From Eledone cirrhosa (Eukaryota): a stretch of 64,000 nucleotides of DNA. Below are positions 26,670 through 38,477 of this stretch, piece after piece. The position numbers and the translations under genes were made by a program. The notes beneath the pieces were generated by a model that was not told where the DNA came from, did no database searches, and saw nothing but the letters and a program-made list of their open reading frames with translations. Each line of letters begins with the position of its first letter. Position 1 is the stretch's first letter. The DNA lies in the NCBI GenBank assembly GCA_964016885.1, contig OZ024743.1:98766001-98830000 (forward strand), given 5' to 3'.

Positions 26670-28550
26670 TAAATATTGATCTAGACGAAATGCAGTTCGG
26701 GTTTGTGTCAGGTAAAAGTACAACAGATGCTCTTTTCATTGTACGACAACTACAGGAGAAGTACCTAGCTAAAAGTAAACCCCTATACTTAGCTTTTGTT
26801 GACTTGGAGAAAGCCTTTGACAGAGTACCCCGCTCGATTATCTGGTGGGCCCTTAGAAAACTAGGTGTTGATGAATGGCTTGTGAGAGCTATACAAACCA
26901 TGTATAAAGAAACAGTCAGCAAGGTTAGAATTAACAACGAATATAGTGAAGAGTTTAGTGTAAAAGTTGGTGTTTATTAGGGCTCCGTCCTTAGCCCCCT
27001 ACTATTTATTATTGCCCTTCAGGCTATAACAGAGGAGTTCAAGACCGGCTGCCCATGGGAACTCCTATATGCAGATGATCTAACGCTCATAGCTGAATCA
27101 ATGGCTGAACTAGAGAAGAAATTCCAAACATGGAAGCATGGCCTAGAATCAAAAGGCCTTAAAGTTAACTTGTCTAAGACTAAAGTTCTAGTTTGTAGGA
27201 AGGAAAGTAGGGCACCAGTCCCATCTGGGAAATGGCCGTGCTCAGTGTGTAGGAAAGGAGTAGGCAGAAACTCCATTTTATGTCGCAAATGCAAAGTATG
27301 GGTACATAAAAGATGTAGTGGGATCACAGGTAAGCTTACTAAGAATATAGATTTTATATGTAGCCAGTGCTCTGGTGCAATAAGTAGCAGCAAGTGACCA
27401 CAGAATACTAACTCATTTCATTGCACAGATGATTCTATAAAAATAGTGGACAGCTTCCGTTACCTGGGTGACAAAATCAGCAGTGGGGGAGGGTGCTCTG
27501 AAAGTACAGTAGCTAGAGTCAGAACGGGATGGAAAAAGTTCAGAGAGCTATACCACTATTGGCCGCTAAAGGGTTCTCTCTAAAAATGAAAGGCAGGCTG
27601 TATGATGCCTGCATACGAACAGCAATGTTACATGGCAGTGAGACCTGGGCATTGTGTGCAGAGGATATACGCAGACTGGAGAGGAACGAAGCTTGCATGC
27701 TCCGCTGGATGTGTAATAGTAATATACGTGAACGGCAAAGCATAAACGAACTAAGGGAGAAATTAGGAATAAGAGGGATCAGATGTTGTTTACTCGAGAG
27801 AAGACTACGTTGGTACGGTCACGTGATGCGCATGAAAGACGACAGCTGTATAAAAAAGTGAACGGCGATAAAAATAGACGGTAGCCACGGAGTAGGCAGA
27901 CCCAGAAAAACCTGGGACGACTTGATAAATTCCGACCTCACACACTTACACCTCTCCAAGACAATGTCACTGGACCGAGAGCTTTGGTGCTACACAGTTA
28001 TACAGAAGACCCGCCTTGCCTAAGTACAAAGCGAAACCTACAGTCAGTAGGCACCTCTAACGAAATACACCCCCATCCCACTACCCCCACCCCATCCACA
28101 CCACCCCCTTAAATGTGAAGTTATGTTGGTACCACAACATCCAGTCCGAAACAAATGAGGTCATGTAGGTGTCACGACAAAAAAAACAACACACAGTCCA
28201 CGCTGTAATGTGGCCGTGTAGGTAACACGGTAAAAATCTCCCAGTACACACTGTAAACGTGGTTGGTGTTGGGAAGGGCATCCAGCCGTAGAAAACCCGC
28301 CAGACGTGTAGGTGTCACAACAAAAAACACACAGTCCACGCTGTAATGTGGCCGTGTAGGTAACACGGTAAAAACCTCCCAGTCCACACTGTAAACGTGG
28401 TTGGTGTTAGGAAGGGTATCCAGCCGTAGAAAACCCATAGACAGTCCTATACGAGCAGGACAACCAATTTTGCCTCAGGTGGGAAAACTCCCATCCAAAC
28501 CCATGCAAGCGTGGAAGATGGACGTTAAACAATGATGATGATGATGATGA
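26670..28550 (+). mobile_element. 5'-truncated RTE-clade LINE with 3' UTR and (GAT)n tail
   Basis: Reverse transcriptase remnant followed by a 3' UTR with a ~140-bp tandem duplication and a (GAT)n tail. Candidate target-site duplication ATAGTA at 26664-26669 and 28550-28555. Confidence 0.92.
26690..28023 (+). pseudogene. LINE reverse transcriptase (ORF2) remnant with an internal PHD-type zinc finger; premature stops and a frameshift
   Basis: Motifs QFGF, AFVDLEKAFDRV, GVY*GSVLSPLLF (TAG at 26978), LLYADDL (27068-27079), FRYLGD, MLHGSETW, RRLRWYGHV and GRPRKTW. Stops at 26978, 27395 and 27859; frameshift near 27550. Confidence 0.93.
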
Positions 28551-29387
28551 TAGTAATGTAAATACTAAATGGTTAATCCAACTACATAACCTCTTGAGTA
28601 TTTTCTTCTAGAGTCTTAGTATAACCAATGTCTTGTAAGTGATATTTGGTAGATAGAAACTACAGACATCTGTTGTATATATGTGTGTGTGTCTATGTTT
28701 ATGTGTGTGTTTGTCTATGTTTATGTGTGTGTTTGTTTATGTTTATGTGTGTGTTTGTCTATGTTTATGTGACTACTTGTTTATGTCCTCTGTTTCCTAT
28801 TAAAAATTAAGTGCTATTGTCTTTACTACACTTGTTTGATTACTTGATTGTCTGTTCTGGTAACCCAAACAAAACTGAAGCTAACAATTGCAAGCTTCTT
28901 TTACAACAGTTTACAACAGAAAAATGTTGTCTCTGGCCCATCTGAGAGGTCAGTAGCTTTGATTAAATACTGACTTGGTCAGTGATGACCTGTAGTGATC
29001 ATTAAATGATGATGATGATGATGATGATTTCTCTGTAAAATACATTTTGTTTTTAATTATGTTTGTTAATTAATTAATTTAAATGTTAAGAAGATGTGCA
29101 GCTCTATTCAATATGTTGTATGCTAAACAAGCTACAGATTAAAGGAAAAACAATGAAAATGAAATATAATAGAAATTCTTTCACACACATATATAGTTGC
29201 TACGCAACATAATTTCTATCAGATATTGTCAGCCTATGATGGTTGATAGTAATGCAAAATACATTCAGATTCTAACTCCATATGTACAGATAAATATTCA
29301 TTTGTTTTCATTCATTAATGTTATGATTAACATTTTTGACACCGACCTTGCTTCTATGATACAAAACTGTCTATTTTTAACTCTTTA

Positions 29388-29506
29388 CTGAGTTCAAATC
29401 CCACCAAGGTTAACTTTGCCTTTCATCCTTACGGGGTCGATAAAATAAAGTACCAGTAATGTACTGAGATAATTGCTGGCCTTGTGTCAAAAGTAGAAAC
29501 AATTAT
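29388..29506 (+). mobile_element. tRNA-derived SINE, 5'-truncated
   Basis: Near-identical to the 3' part of the SINE at 41099-41280 from the B-box onward. Confidence 0.85.
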
Positions 29507-29584
29507 AATTTTATGTAAATAACTTTATTAAGTTATGCTCCAAAGACCGAATAAGTAATGAATAAGTTATATTACTCAATACTT

Positions 29585-30115
29585 TCAAATTAGCAACTGA
29601 GCAGGCCTGTGTAAACCAGGAAATGATTGAGATTTCAACTGGTACTTTTGAGATGGTACAAAAGTATCAATGTTAGCTTTCACAATTTTCAGTGGGAAGA
29701 TTAAAGATATCACTCCAAGGGACATCTCGAAGGAGATCATGGAATAAATCCCAGTCAGCTCAATGGTAATAAAAAATGTCTTGTGAATTGGAGGCTGATG
29801 ACTAAGAGAAGAGTGAAGGGGAATATCGACAGGCACCACAACTTGATCAGAATTGCCAAGGGTACTAAGTTGCGATACTTGATAAGAGCCAAGTGAACAG
29901 ATAAGAAACAGATCAAAGAGTGAGGCATATTGATTGGAATTATCAAGAAAACGAGGAGGGAAATTGACAATTTTTGTGAGAGATTGAATGACCGAAAAAT
30001 TGAAAGTGCACATGCCAGCAACATGAGTAGTGTTAAAATGAGTAAGCCAGTTAACATGATAAACATTGAAATCACCTAGCACAAAGATATTCGTAGAAGG
30101 ATGAGATTTTATCAA
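29585..30115 (-). pseudogene. APE-type (EEP family) endonuclease fragment of a LINE, CR1/Jockey-group-like
   Basis: The ORF contains IFVLGDFNV.H..W, a P.RF....N..S..DL motif and LGNSDQ (degenerate SDH). The downstream part appears frameshifted. Confidence 0.8.
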
Positions 30116-30240
30116 ACATACTACAGTCCTGAGATGAAAGAGGGTGATAAAGAAAAAAGAGAGGATTCTCTGGAATCACTACCCAGCACCAAATTTGAAC
30201 CCAACATAACTGTCAATACTGCTGCCATCCTTTGCTTATG

Positions 30241-30520
30241 CATCATCATCATCACCATCACTGTTTTACATCCAATTTCCACGCTAGCATAGATTTGATC
30301 AATTGCATGGACCAAGATTAGACAGGTTAGAAAACTATATGTTTCTATTGCAACCAATTTTGGCATGGTTTCTGCAGCAGGATGCCCTTCCTAACTCCAA
30401 ACACTTTAGAGTGTGTGCTAGGTGCATATTACATGGCACCAGCACTACCACTTTACAAGTTGTTCTGGGTGCATGTTATTGCGGTACTAGTACTTCATAG
30501 AATGTAATGAGTGGATTGTA
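30241..30520 (-). mobile_element. RTE-related 3' end or SINE in reverse orientation
   Basis: (CAT)n tail followed by TTCCACGCTAGCAT and GGATGCCCTTCCTAAC.CCAA, the reverse complement of the RTE 3' UTR motifs. Confidence 0.7.
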
Positions 30521-30819
30521 TTGTGGAACTAGTATTAGCACTTAACAGAGTGCATTGAGTGCATTTTATCATGGCACCAACACTAGAGAGGACTTTGTGT
30601 CTTCAGCAGTGAAAGTGGAAGCAGTAATGGGAGACGAGACAAGAATATAATGGAAAGGTCCCTGTGACAGGAGCAATGGTAGCTACTTGTTTGTTGCAGA
30701 GAGAGAAAGTTTCCGTGTGTTGGATGGTAGATGTTGCTAAGAGAAGATTTTTTTAAGAGGAAGTGATGCTTGTCATATATATGTCAGGTCTTTCTGGATC
30801 AGGTGAAAATGTTGGTCAT

Positions 30820-33800
30820 GGTAGTAGTGTTGTGTTTGGTAGTAGTGTTGTGTTTGGTAGCAGTGTTGTGTTTGGTAGCAGTGTTGTGTTTGGTAGCAGT
30901 GTTGTGTTTGGTAGCAGTGTTGTGTTTGGTAGCAGTGTTGTGTTTGGTAGCAGTGTTGTGTTTGGTAGCAGTGTTGTGTTTGGCAGTAGTGTTGTGTTTG
31001 GTAGCAGTGTTGTGTTTGGTAGCAGTGTTGTGTTTGGTAGCAGTGTTGGTAGCAGTGTTGTGTTTGGTAATAGTGTTGTGTTTGGTAGCAGTGTTGTGTT
31101 TGGTAGCAGTGTTTGGTAGCAGTGTTGTGTTTGGTAGCAGTGTTGTGTTTGGTAGCAGTGTTGTGTTTGGTAGCAGTGTTGTGTTTGGTAGCAGTGTTGT
31201 GTTTGGTAGTAGTGTTGTGTTTGGTAGCAGTGTTGTGTTTGGTAACAGTGTTGTGTTTGGTAGCAGTTTTGGTAGCAGTGTTGTGTTTGGTAGCAGTGTT
31301 GTGTTTGGTAGCAGTGTTGTGTTTGGTAGCAGTGTTGTGTTTGGTAGCAGTGTTGTGTTTGGTAGCAGTGTTTGGTAGCAGTGTTGTGTTTGGTAGCAGC
31401 GTTTGGTAGCAGTGTTGTGTTTGGTAGCAGTGTTTGGTAGCAGTGTTGTGTGTGGTAGCAGTGTTGTGTTTGGTAGCAGTGTTGTGTTTGGTAGCAGTGT
31501 TGTGTTTGGTAACAATGTTGTGTGTGGTAGCAGTGTTGTGATTGGTAGCAGTGTTGTGTTTGGTAGCAGTGTTTGGTAGCAGTGTTGTGTTTGGTAACAA
31601 TGTTGTGTGTGGTAGCAGTGTTGTGTTTGGTAGCAGTGTTGTGTGTGGTAGCAGTGTTGTGTGTGGTAGCAGTGTTGTGTTTGGTAGCAGTGTTTGGTAG
31701 CAGTGTTGTGTGTGGTAGCAGTGTTGTGTTTGGTAGCAGTGTTTGGTAGCAGTGTTGTGTGTGGTAGCAGTGTTGTGTTTGGTAGCAGTGTTGTGTTTGG
31801 TAGCAGTGTTGTGTTTGGTAACAGTGTTATGTTTGGTAGCAGTATTGTGTTTGGTAGCAGTGTTGTGTTTGGTAGCAGTGTTGTGTTTGGTAGCAGTGTT
31901 GTGTTTGGTAACAGTGTTGTGTTTGGTAGCAGTGTTGTGTTTGGTAACAGTGTTGTGTTTGGTAGCAGTGTTTGGTAGCAGTGTTGTGTTTGGTAGCAGT
32001 GTTGTGTTTGGTAGCAGTGTTTGGTAGCAGTGTTGTGTTTGGTAGCAGTGTTGGTAGCAGTGTTGTGTTTGGTAGCAGTGTTGTGTTTGGTAACAGTGTT
32101 GTGTGTGGTAGCAGTGTTGTGTGTGGTAGCAGTGTTGTATGTGGTTGCAGTGTTGTGTTTGGTAGCAGTGTTTGGTAGCAGTGTTGTGTGTGGTAGCAGT
32201 GTTGTGTTTGGTAGCAGTGTTTGGTAGCAGTGTTGTGTGTGGTAGCAATGATGTGTTTGGTAGCAGTGTTGTGTTTGGTAGCAGTGTTGTGTTTGGTAAC
32301 AGTGTTGTGTTTGGTAGCAGTATTGTGTTTGGTAGCAGGGTTGTGTTTGGTAGCAGTGTTGTGTTTGGTAGCAGTGTTGTGTTTGGTAACAGTGTTGTGT
32401 TTGGTAGCAGTGTTGTGTTTGGTAGAAGTGTTTGGTAGCAGTGTTTGGTAGTAGTGTTGTGTTTGGTAGCAGTGTTGTGTTTGGTAGCAGTGTTGTGTTT
32501 GGTAGCAGTGTTGTGTTTGGTAGCAGTGTTGTGTTTGGTAGCAGTGTTGTGTTTGGTAGCAGTGTTGTGTTTGGTAGCAGTGTTGTGTTTGGTAACAGTA
32601 TTGTGTTTGATAGCAGTGTTGTGTTTGGTAGCAGTGTTGTGTTTGGTAGCAGTGTTGTGTTTGGTAAAAGTGTTGTGTTTGGTAGCAGTGTTGTGTTTGG
32701 TAGCAGTGTTTGGTAGCAGTGTTTGGTAGTAGTGTTGTGTTTGGTAGCAGTGTTGTGTTTGGTAGCAGTGTTGTGTTTGGTAGTAGTGTTGTGTTTGGTA
32801 TCAGTGTTGTGTTTGGTAGTAGTGTTGTGTTTGGTAGCAGTGTTGTGTTTGGTAGCAGTGTTGTGTTTGGTAGCAGTGTTGTGTTTGGTAGCAGTGTTGT
32901 GTTTGGTAGCAGTGTTGTGTTTGGTAACAGTGTTGTGTTTGGTAGCAGTGTTGTGTTTGGTAGCAGTGTTGTGTTTGGTAGTAGTGTTGTGTTTGGTAGC
33001 AGTGTTGTGTTTGGTAGCAGTGTTTGGTAGCAGTGTTGTGTTTGGTAGCAGTGTTGTGTTTGGTAGTAGTGTTGTGTTTGGTAGCAGTGTTGTGTTTGGT
33101 AGTAGTGTTGTGTTTGGTAGCAGTGTTGTGTTTGGTAGCAGTGTTTGGAAGCAGTGTTGTGTTTGGTAGCAGTGTTGTGTTTGGTAACAGTGATGTGTTT
33201 GGTAGCAGTGTTTGGTAGCAGTGTTGTGTTTGGTAGCAGTGTTGTGTTTGGTTGCAGTGTTGTGTTTGGTAGCAGTGTTGTGTTTGGTAGCAGTGTTGTG
33301 TTTGGTAGTAGTGTTGTGTTTGGTAGCAGTGTTGTGTTTGGAGGCAGCGTTGTGTTTGGTAGCAGTGTTGTGTTTGGTAGCAGTGTTGTGTTTGGTAGCA
33401 GTGTTGTGTTTGGTAGCAGTGTTGTGTTTGGTAGCAGTGTTGTGTTTGGTAGCAGTGTTGTGTTTGGTAGCAGTGTTGTGTTTGGCAGTAGTGTTGTGTT
33501 TGGTAGTAGTGTTGTGTTTGGTAGCAGTGTTGTGTTTGTTAGTAGTGTTGTGTTTGGTAGCAGTGTTGTGTTTGGTAGCAGTGTTGTGTTTGGTAGCAGT
33601 GTTGTGTTTGGTAGCAGTGTTGTGTTTGGTAACAGTGTTGTGTTTGGTAGCAGTGTTTGGTAGCAGTGTTGTGTTTGGTAGCAGTGTTGTGTTTGGTAGC
33701 AGTGTTGTGTTTGGTAGCAGTGTTTGGTAGCAGTGTTGTGTTTGGTAGCAGTGTTGTGTTTGGTAGCAGTGTTGTGTTTGGTAGCAGTGTTCTGTTTGGT

Positions 33801-34228
33801 AGCAGTGTTGTGTTTGGTAGCAGTGTTGTGTTTGGTAGTAGTGTTGTGTTTGGTAGCAGTGTTGTGTTTGGTAGCAGTGTTGTGTTTGGTAGCAGTGTTG
33901 TGTTTGGTAGCAGTGTTGTGTTTGGTGGCAGTGTTGTGTTTGGTAGCAGTGTTGTGTTTGGTAGCAGTGTTGTGTTTGGTAACAGTGTTGTGTTTGGTAG
34001 CAGTGTTGTGTTTGGTAGCAGTGTTGGTAGCAGTGTTGTGTTTGGTAGCAGTGTTGGTAGCAGTGTTGTGTTTGGTAGCAGTGTTGGTAGCAGTGTTGTG
34101 TTTGGTAGCAGTGTTGTGTTTGGTATCAGTGTTGGTAGTAGTGTTGTGTTTGGTAGCAGTGTTGGTAGCAGTGTTGTGTTTGGTAGCAGTGTTGGTAGCA
34201 GTGTTGTGTTTGGTAGCAGTGTTTGGTA
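30820..34228. repeat. 18-bp minisatellite GGTAGCAGTGTTGTGTTT, about 190 units, with 12- and 13-bp deletion variants
   Basis: Read directly. Strongly G/T-skewed. The repeat generates the spurious GSSVVF, VAVLCL and ATKHNT ORFs. Confidence 0.98.
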
Positions 34229-34455
34229 TTGTAGATGTTCTTGAAAGCAGTTGTAACAGCTTACATGGAAGATATGTTTAAAAGTTTGCTGTCATTGATT
34301 TAAAGCTATTTCTGAGAGATGTGTAATTAAAGTCTATACTTCCTTTTAAATAGTTGCATCAAAGAAGAATTAAAGAGCGATTCAATGTAAATTTAATTGG
34401 AACTTTCATGAAACAATATTGATTTCCTACATTAGCACAAGACCAATTCTGAAAA

Positions 34456-34498
<43 letters not shown>

Positions 34499-34504
<6 letters not shown>

Positions 34505-34840
34505 CTGTTGAAAAGGTAACACACCAGAGAGAGATATACAGTACGCTATCAATAAAACAGGGAAAAAACCCACCGGTGTATGGAATCTATAACCTATGAA
34601 AGGCAGACTATAGACATGATAATTAAAAATATAAATTAAAGCGTAAATAAATACCTCTATAACTATATAACACACGTACAAATCCAAAGATACTAATCCA
34701 AAGATATGTTTCACCAGTAATTTGTTGAAAGAAATGGGTTAGCCTCGGTTCATCAGCGTGTATAAGGCTATACATTTCAGACAACACTAAGAGAATTTTA
34801 AAAGTGACTGTCCAGTGTGTTACCTTTTCAACATATTGTA
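34499..34840 (-). mobile_element. Penelope-like remnant: 25-bp inverted repeat enclosing a degenerate hammerhead motif
   Basis: TACAATCTGTTGAAAAGGTAACACA (34499) versus TGTGTTACCTTTTCAACATATTGTA (34816-34840), next to (TA)n. The minus strand at 34701-34760 reads CTGATGA-ACC...GGT-GAAAC-ATAT. Confidence 0.5.
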
Positions 34841-34924
34841 TTTTAAAGAGCTCAGGATTTCTTCTCCTTTGAGCACATTATTTACAGGGAATAGCGAGGG
34901 CCTATGCCTCCGTTAATTTATCGT

Positions 34925-35412
34925 GATGAAGAAGGGTTTCTCCCTGCGTACAAAAGGCCGGTTGTATGATGCCTGTGTGAGGAGCGCGATGCTGCATGGT
35001 AGTGAGACATGGGCAGCAACTGCAGAGGATATGCGACGGCTGGAGAGAAATGAGGCAAGCATGCTCCGTTGGATGTGCAGTGTAAATGTGCGTTAACGAC
35101 CCAGCATAAATGTGTTGAGAAAGAAACTGTGTCTGAGAGGGATAGAATGTAGTGTACGGGAGAGGAGACTGAGGTGGTATGGACATGTGATGCGCATGGA
35201 GGATGACCGATGGGTGAAGAAGTGCCAGGAAATGCCAGTTGAAGGAAGACGTGTTAGAGGTAGACTACGAAAAACATGGGCGGAGGTGGTGAGAACAGAC
35301 CCCAGATCATTGAAGCTCACGGTGGAGATGACGAAGGACCGTGACGAATGGAGAGATGCTGTGCTGAATAAGACCCGTCCCACCCTTGCAAGCAGGGAAA
35401 AGCGGACGTAAA

Positions 35413-35449
<37 letters not shown>
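34925..35449 (+). mobile_element. RTE-clade LINE 3' fragment (second subfamily) with (GAT)n tail
   Basis: Encodes KGFSLRTKGRLYDACVRSAMLHGSETW and RRLRWYGHVMRM...GRLRKTW, homologous to 27560-27920. Very short 3' UTR ending GGACGTAAAA(TGA)n. Confidence 0.9.
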
Positions 35450-35485
<36 letters not shown>

Positions 35486-35487
<2 letters not shown>

Positions 35488-35733
35488 ATAATAATAATGA
35501 AATTATTGTGTACAGTGCTCAGGTGCACTACAACTCATCAAAGGTATGTATAGTACATAGAATAATATACAAATGTCAGGGAAATGAATAGTGTATGAAT
35601 CATGATATACATGTGTGCATGTGTATAGAGGGGGAATATTAGGTGTAGTGTTGGCGAATCTCGGGAAGCATGGAGGTTTTAAAGGATGCAGTGTCTCAAC
35701 AGCTAACAACCGATGCAGGTAGTTTATTCCATG
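35486..35733 (-). mobile_element. CR1/L2-group LINE 3' end with (ATT)n tail
   Basis: The minus strand translates WNKLPASVVSC*DTASFKTSMLPEIRQHYT*, matching the WNxLP..VV.....FK C-terminus of CR1-like ORF2, followed by a 3' UTR and (TTA)n. Confidence 0.75.
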
Positions 35734-37380
35734 GAGGTTTTAAAGGATGCAGTGTCTTGACAGCTAATAACTGATGCAGGTAGTTTATTCCATGGAGGTT
35801 TTAAAGGATGCAGTGTCTCGACAGCTAATAACTGATGCAGGTAGTTTATTCCATGAAGGTTTTAAAGGATTCAGTGTCTCGACAGCTAATAACTGATGGA
35901 GGTAGTTTATTCCATGGAGGTTTTAAAGGATGCAGTGTCTTGACAGCTAACAACTGATGCAGGTAGTTTATTCCATGGAGGTTTTAAAGGATGCAGTGTC
36001 TTGACAGCTAACAACTGATGCAGGTAGTTAATTCCATGGAGGTTTTAAAGGATGCAGTGTCTCGACAGCTAATAACTGATGCAGGTAGTTTATTCCATGG
36101 AGGTTTTAAAGGATGCAGTGTCTCGACAGCTAATAACTGATGCAGGTAGTTTATTCCATGGAAGTTTTAAAGGATGCAGTGTCTCGACAGCTAATAACTG
36201 ATGCAGGTAGTTTATTCCATGGAGGTTTTAAAGGATGCAGTGTCTCGACAGCTAACAACTGATGCAGGTAGTTTATTCCATGGAGGTTTTAAAGGATGCA
36301 GTGTCTCGACAGCTAACAACTGATGCAGGTAGTTTATTCCATGGAGGTTTTAAAGGATGCAGTGTCTTGACAGCTAACAACTGATGCAGGTAGTTAATTC
36401 CATGGAGGTTTTAAAGGATGCAGTGTCTTGACAGCTAATAACTGATGCAGGTAGTTTATTCCATGGAGGTTTTAAAGGATGCAGTGTCTCGACAGCTAAT
36501 AACTGATGCAGGTAGTTTATTCCATGGAGGTTTTAAAGGATGCAGTGTCTTGACAGCTAATAACTGATGCAGGTAGTTTATTCCATGGAGGTTTTAAAGG
36601 ATGCAGTGTCTTGACAGCTAATAACTGATGCAGGTAGTTTATTCCATGGAGGTTTTAAAGGATGCAGTATCTTGACAGCTAACAACTGATGCAGGTAGTT
36701 TATTCCATGGAGGTTTTAAAGGATGCAGTGTCTCGACAGCTAATAACTGATGCAGGTAGTTTATTCCATGGAGGTTTTAAAGGATGCAGTATCTTGACAG
36801 CTAACAACTGATGCAGGTAGTTTATTCCATGGAGGTTTTAAAGGATGCAGTGTCTCGACAGCTAATAACTGATGCAGGTAGTTTATTCCATGGAAGTTTT
36901 AAAGGATACAGTGTCTCGACAGCTAATAACTGATGCAGGTAGTTTATTCCATGAAGGTTTTAAAGGATGCAGTGTCTCGACAGCTAATAACTGATGCAGG
37001 TAGTTTATTCCATGGAGGTTTTAAAGGATGCAGTGTCTCGACAGCTAATAACTGATGCAGGTAGTTTATTCCATGGAAGTTTTAAAGGATACAGTGTCTC
37101 GACAGCTAACAACTGATGCAGGTAGTTTATTCCATGGAGGTTTTAAAGGATGCAGTGTCTCGACAGCTAACAACTGATGCAGGTAGTTTATTCCATGGAG
37201 GTTTTAAAGGATGCAGTGTCTCAACAGCTAACAACTGATGCAGGTAGTTTATTCCATGGAGGTTTTAAAGGATGCAGTGTCTCGACAGCTAACAACTGAT
37301 GCAGGTAGTTTATTCCATGGAGGTTTTAAAGGATGCAGTGTCTTGACAGCTAATAACTGATGCAGGTAGTTTATTCCATG
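35669..37380. repeat. 61-bp tandem array, 28 copies
   Basis: Unit CATGGAGGTTTTAAAGGATGCAGTGTCTCGACAGCTAATAACTGATGCAGGTAGTTTATTC. CATG occurs at 35669, 35730, 35791 ... 37377 (1708 = 28 x 61). Confidence 0.98.
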
Positions 37381-38221
37381 CAAACACTACATTACGAATA
37401 TACACTTTGTTAGCACTCTGAAACAGGTTTTGCTTGATACAAGTTCAAACCATATCTCATTGAGTGAGGGAATATAAGCAAACAAGATTACGGCTAATAC
37501 TATAACCAGCATATTGACATATGGTGTTTCTTGGGTACTTTAAGCCTGGCGGAGCCCATGCCTCTTCAGGCCTATATATATATATATATATATATGTATA
37601 TCATGCAAGTATTGAAAAATGGATGCTAAACGATGATGATGATGATATATATATATGTTTATATATAGGCATAACAAGAAGTTTGCTTTCCTTTCTAGCC
37701 TCGTGGTTTGGGGCTCTATCCCACTGTGTGATACCTAGGGCAAATGTCTTCCACTAATGTCTATAGTTGACCTTGCAAGTGAAATTGATAGATGGAAACT
37801 GTAATGAAGGCTGTTGTGTGTTTGGGAGGGAGGGGCACACGGATGTGACAATTTATTGCATGCATCTTCTTAAAGCACCCAGTGATGTTTGTGTATATCC
37901 CACATTTATAATGTCTTGTAGCATAGTAGGAAATATGTACTAGTTGGCATTAGGACTTCCAGTAGGGGAAAGTTGATATAATCTGAGGGAGACTTGGATA
38001 CAATTTCTAGCAGGTCTAATAGCCATGAAGAGATTTCTTCTCTCTCTTGATAGGCTTGGTTTGTGAGCTGTGTTTAGCAGCCAAGTCAGTTCAACTTTAT
38101 CAAGTTCAGTTGCACTTTCTTGTAACACTGCTTGACATCCTTGGCATCCCCAGATTTTGTAATCCTTACCTCAGAAGTTCTCACTTCAGGTACATGGTTC
38201 TTCTAATTAGACAATGTAGTA

Positions 38222-38405
38222 CAGTGGTTCCCAAAGTGGGTTCTGTGGAGCCCAAAGGTTCCGGAAAACAGTGCCTGGTATTCCATGAAAAAAGTAGAGG
38301 AGTATATTTATATTATAACCACATAACAGTATTAGACTTTGGGGTTCTTCCAGAAGTTTCTGAACCAAAAAGGGTTCCACATTTGAAAAAGTTTGGTAAA
38401 CCCTG
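38222..38405. mobile_element. hAT (Charlie-like) MITE
   Basis: Termini CAGTGGTTCCCAAA and TTTGGTAAACCCTG. Flanking 8-mers ATGTAGTA and ATCTAACA (5/8 identical) are a degenerate target-site duplication. Confidence 0.65.
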
Positions 38406-38477
38406 ATCTAACATCCACAGCACATGCAGCTCTATAGGTTAACACATATTTTGTCCAACCTTTTTAGTAACTAGTGG

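Larger units (their letters stand above)
26472..28576 (+). mobile_element. piggyBac-like MITE, copy 2, split by the RTE LINE insertion
   Basis: TTAATCCTTTAGTATTTA (26472) and TAAATACTAAATGGTTAA (28576) are inverted termini with TTAA at both ends. The two halves rejoin to match copy 1. Confidence 0.65.

Noticed and set aside
26647-27743. Minus-strand ORFs overlapping the RT remnant
   Set aside because: They are antisense shadows of the LINE ORF with no independent motifs.
30763-34281. Long repeat-protein ORFs, including the 491-aa Thr/His-rich frame (mucin- or antifreeze-like)
   Set aside because: Open in several frames on both strands, repeatedly frameshifted by 13-bp units, mostly non-ATG starts, and no unique domain.
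35669-37380. CRISPR-like 61-bp periodicity
   Set aside because: The whole 61 bp is repeated, so there is no variable spacer, and the unit is LINE-derived.
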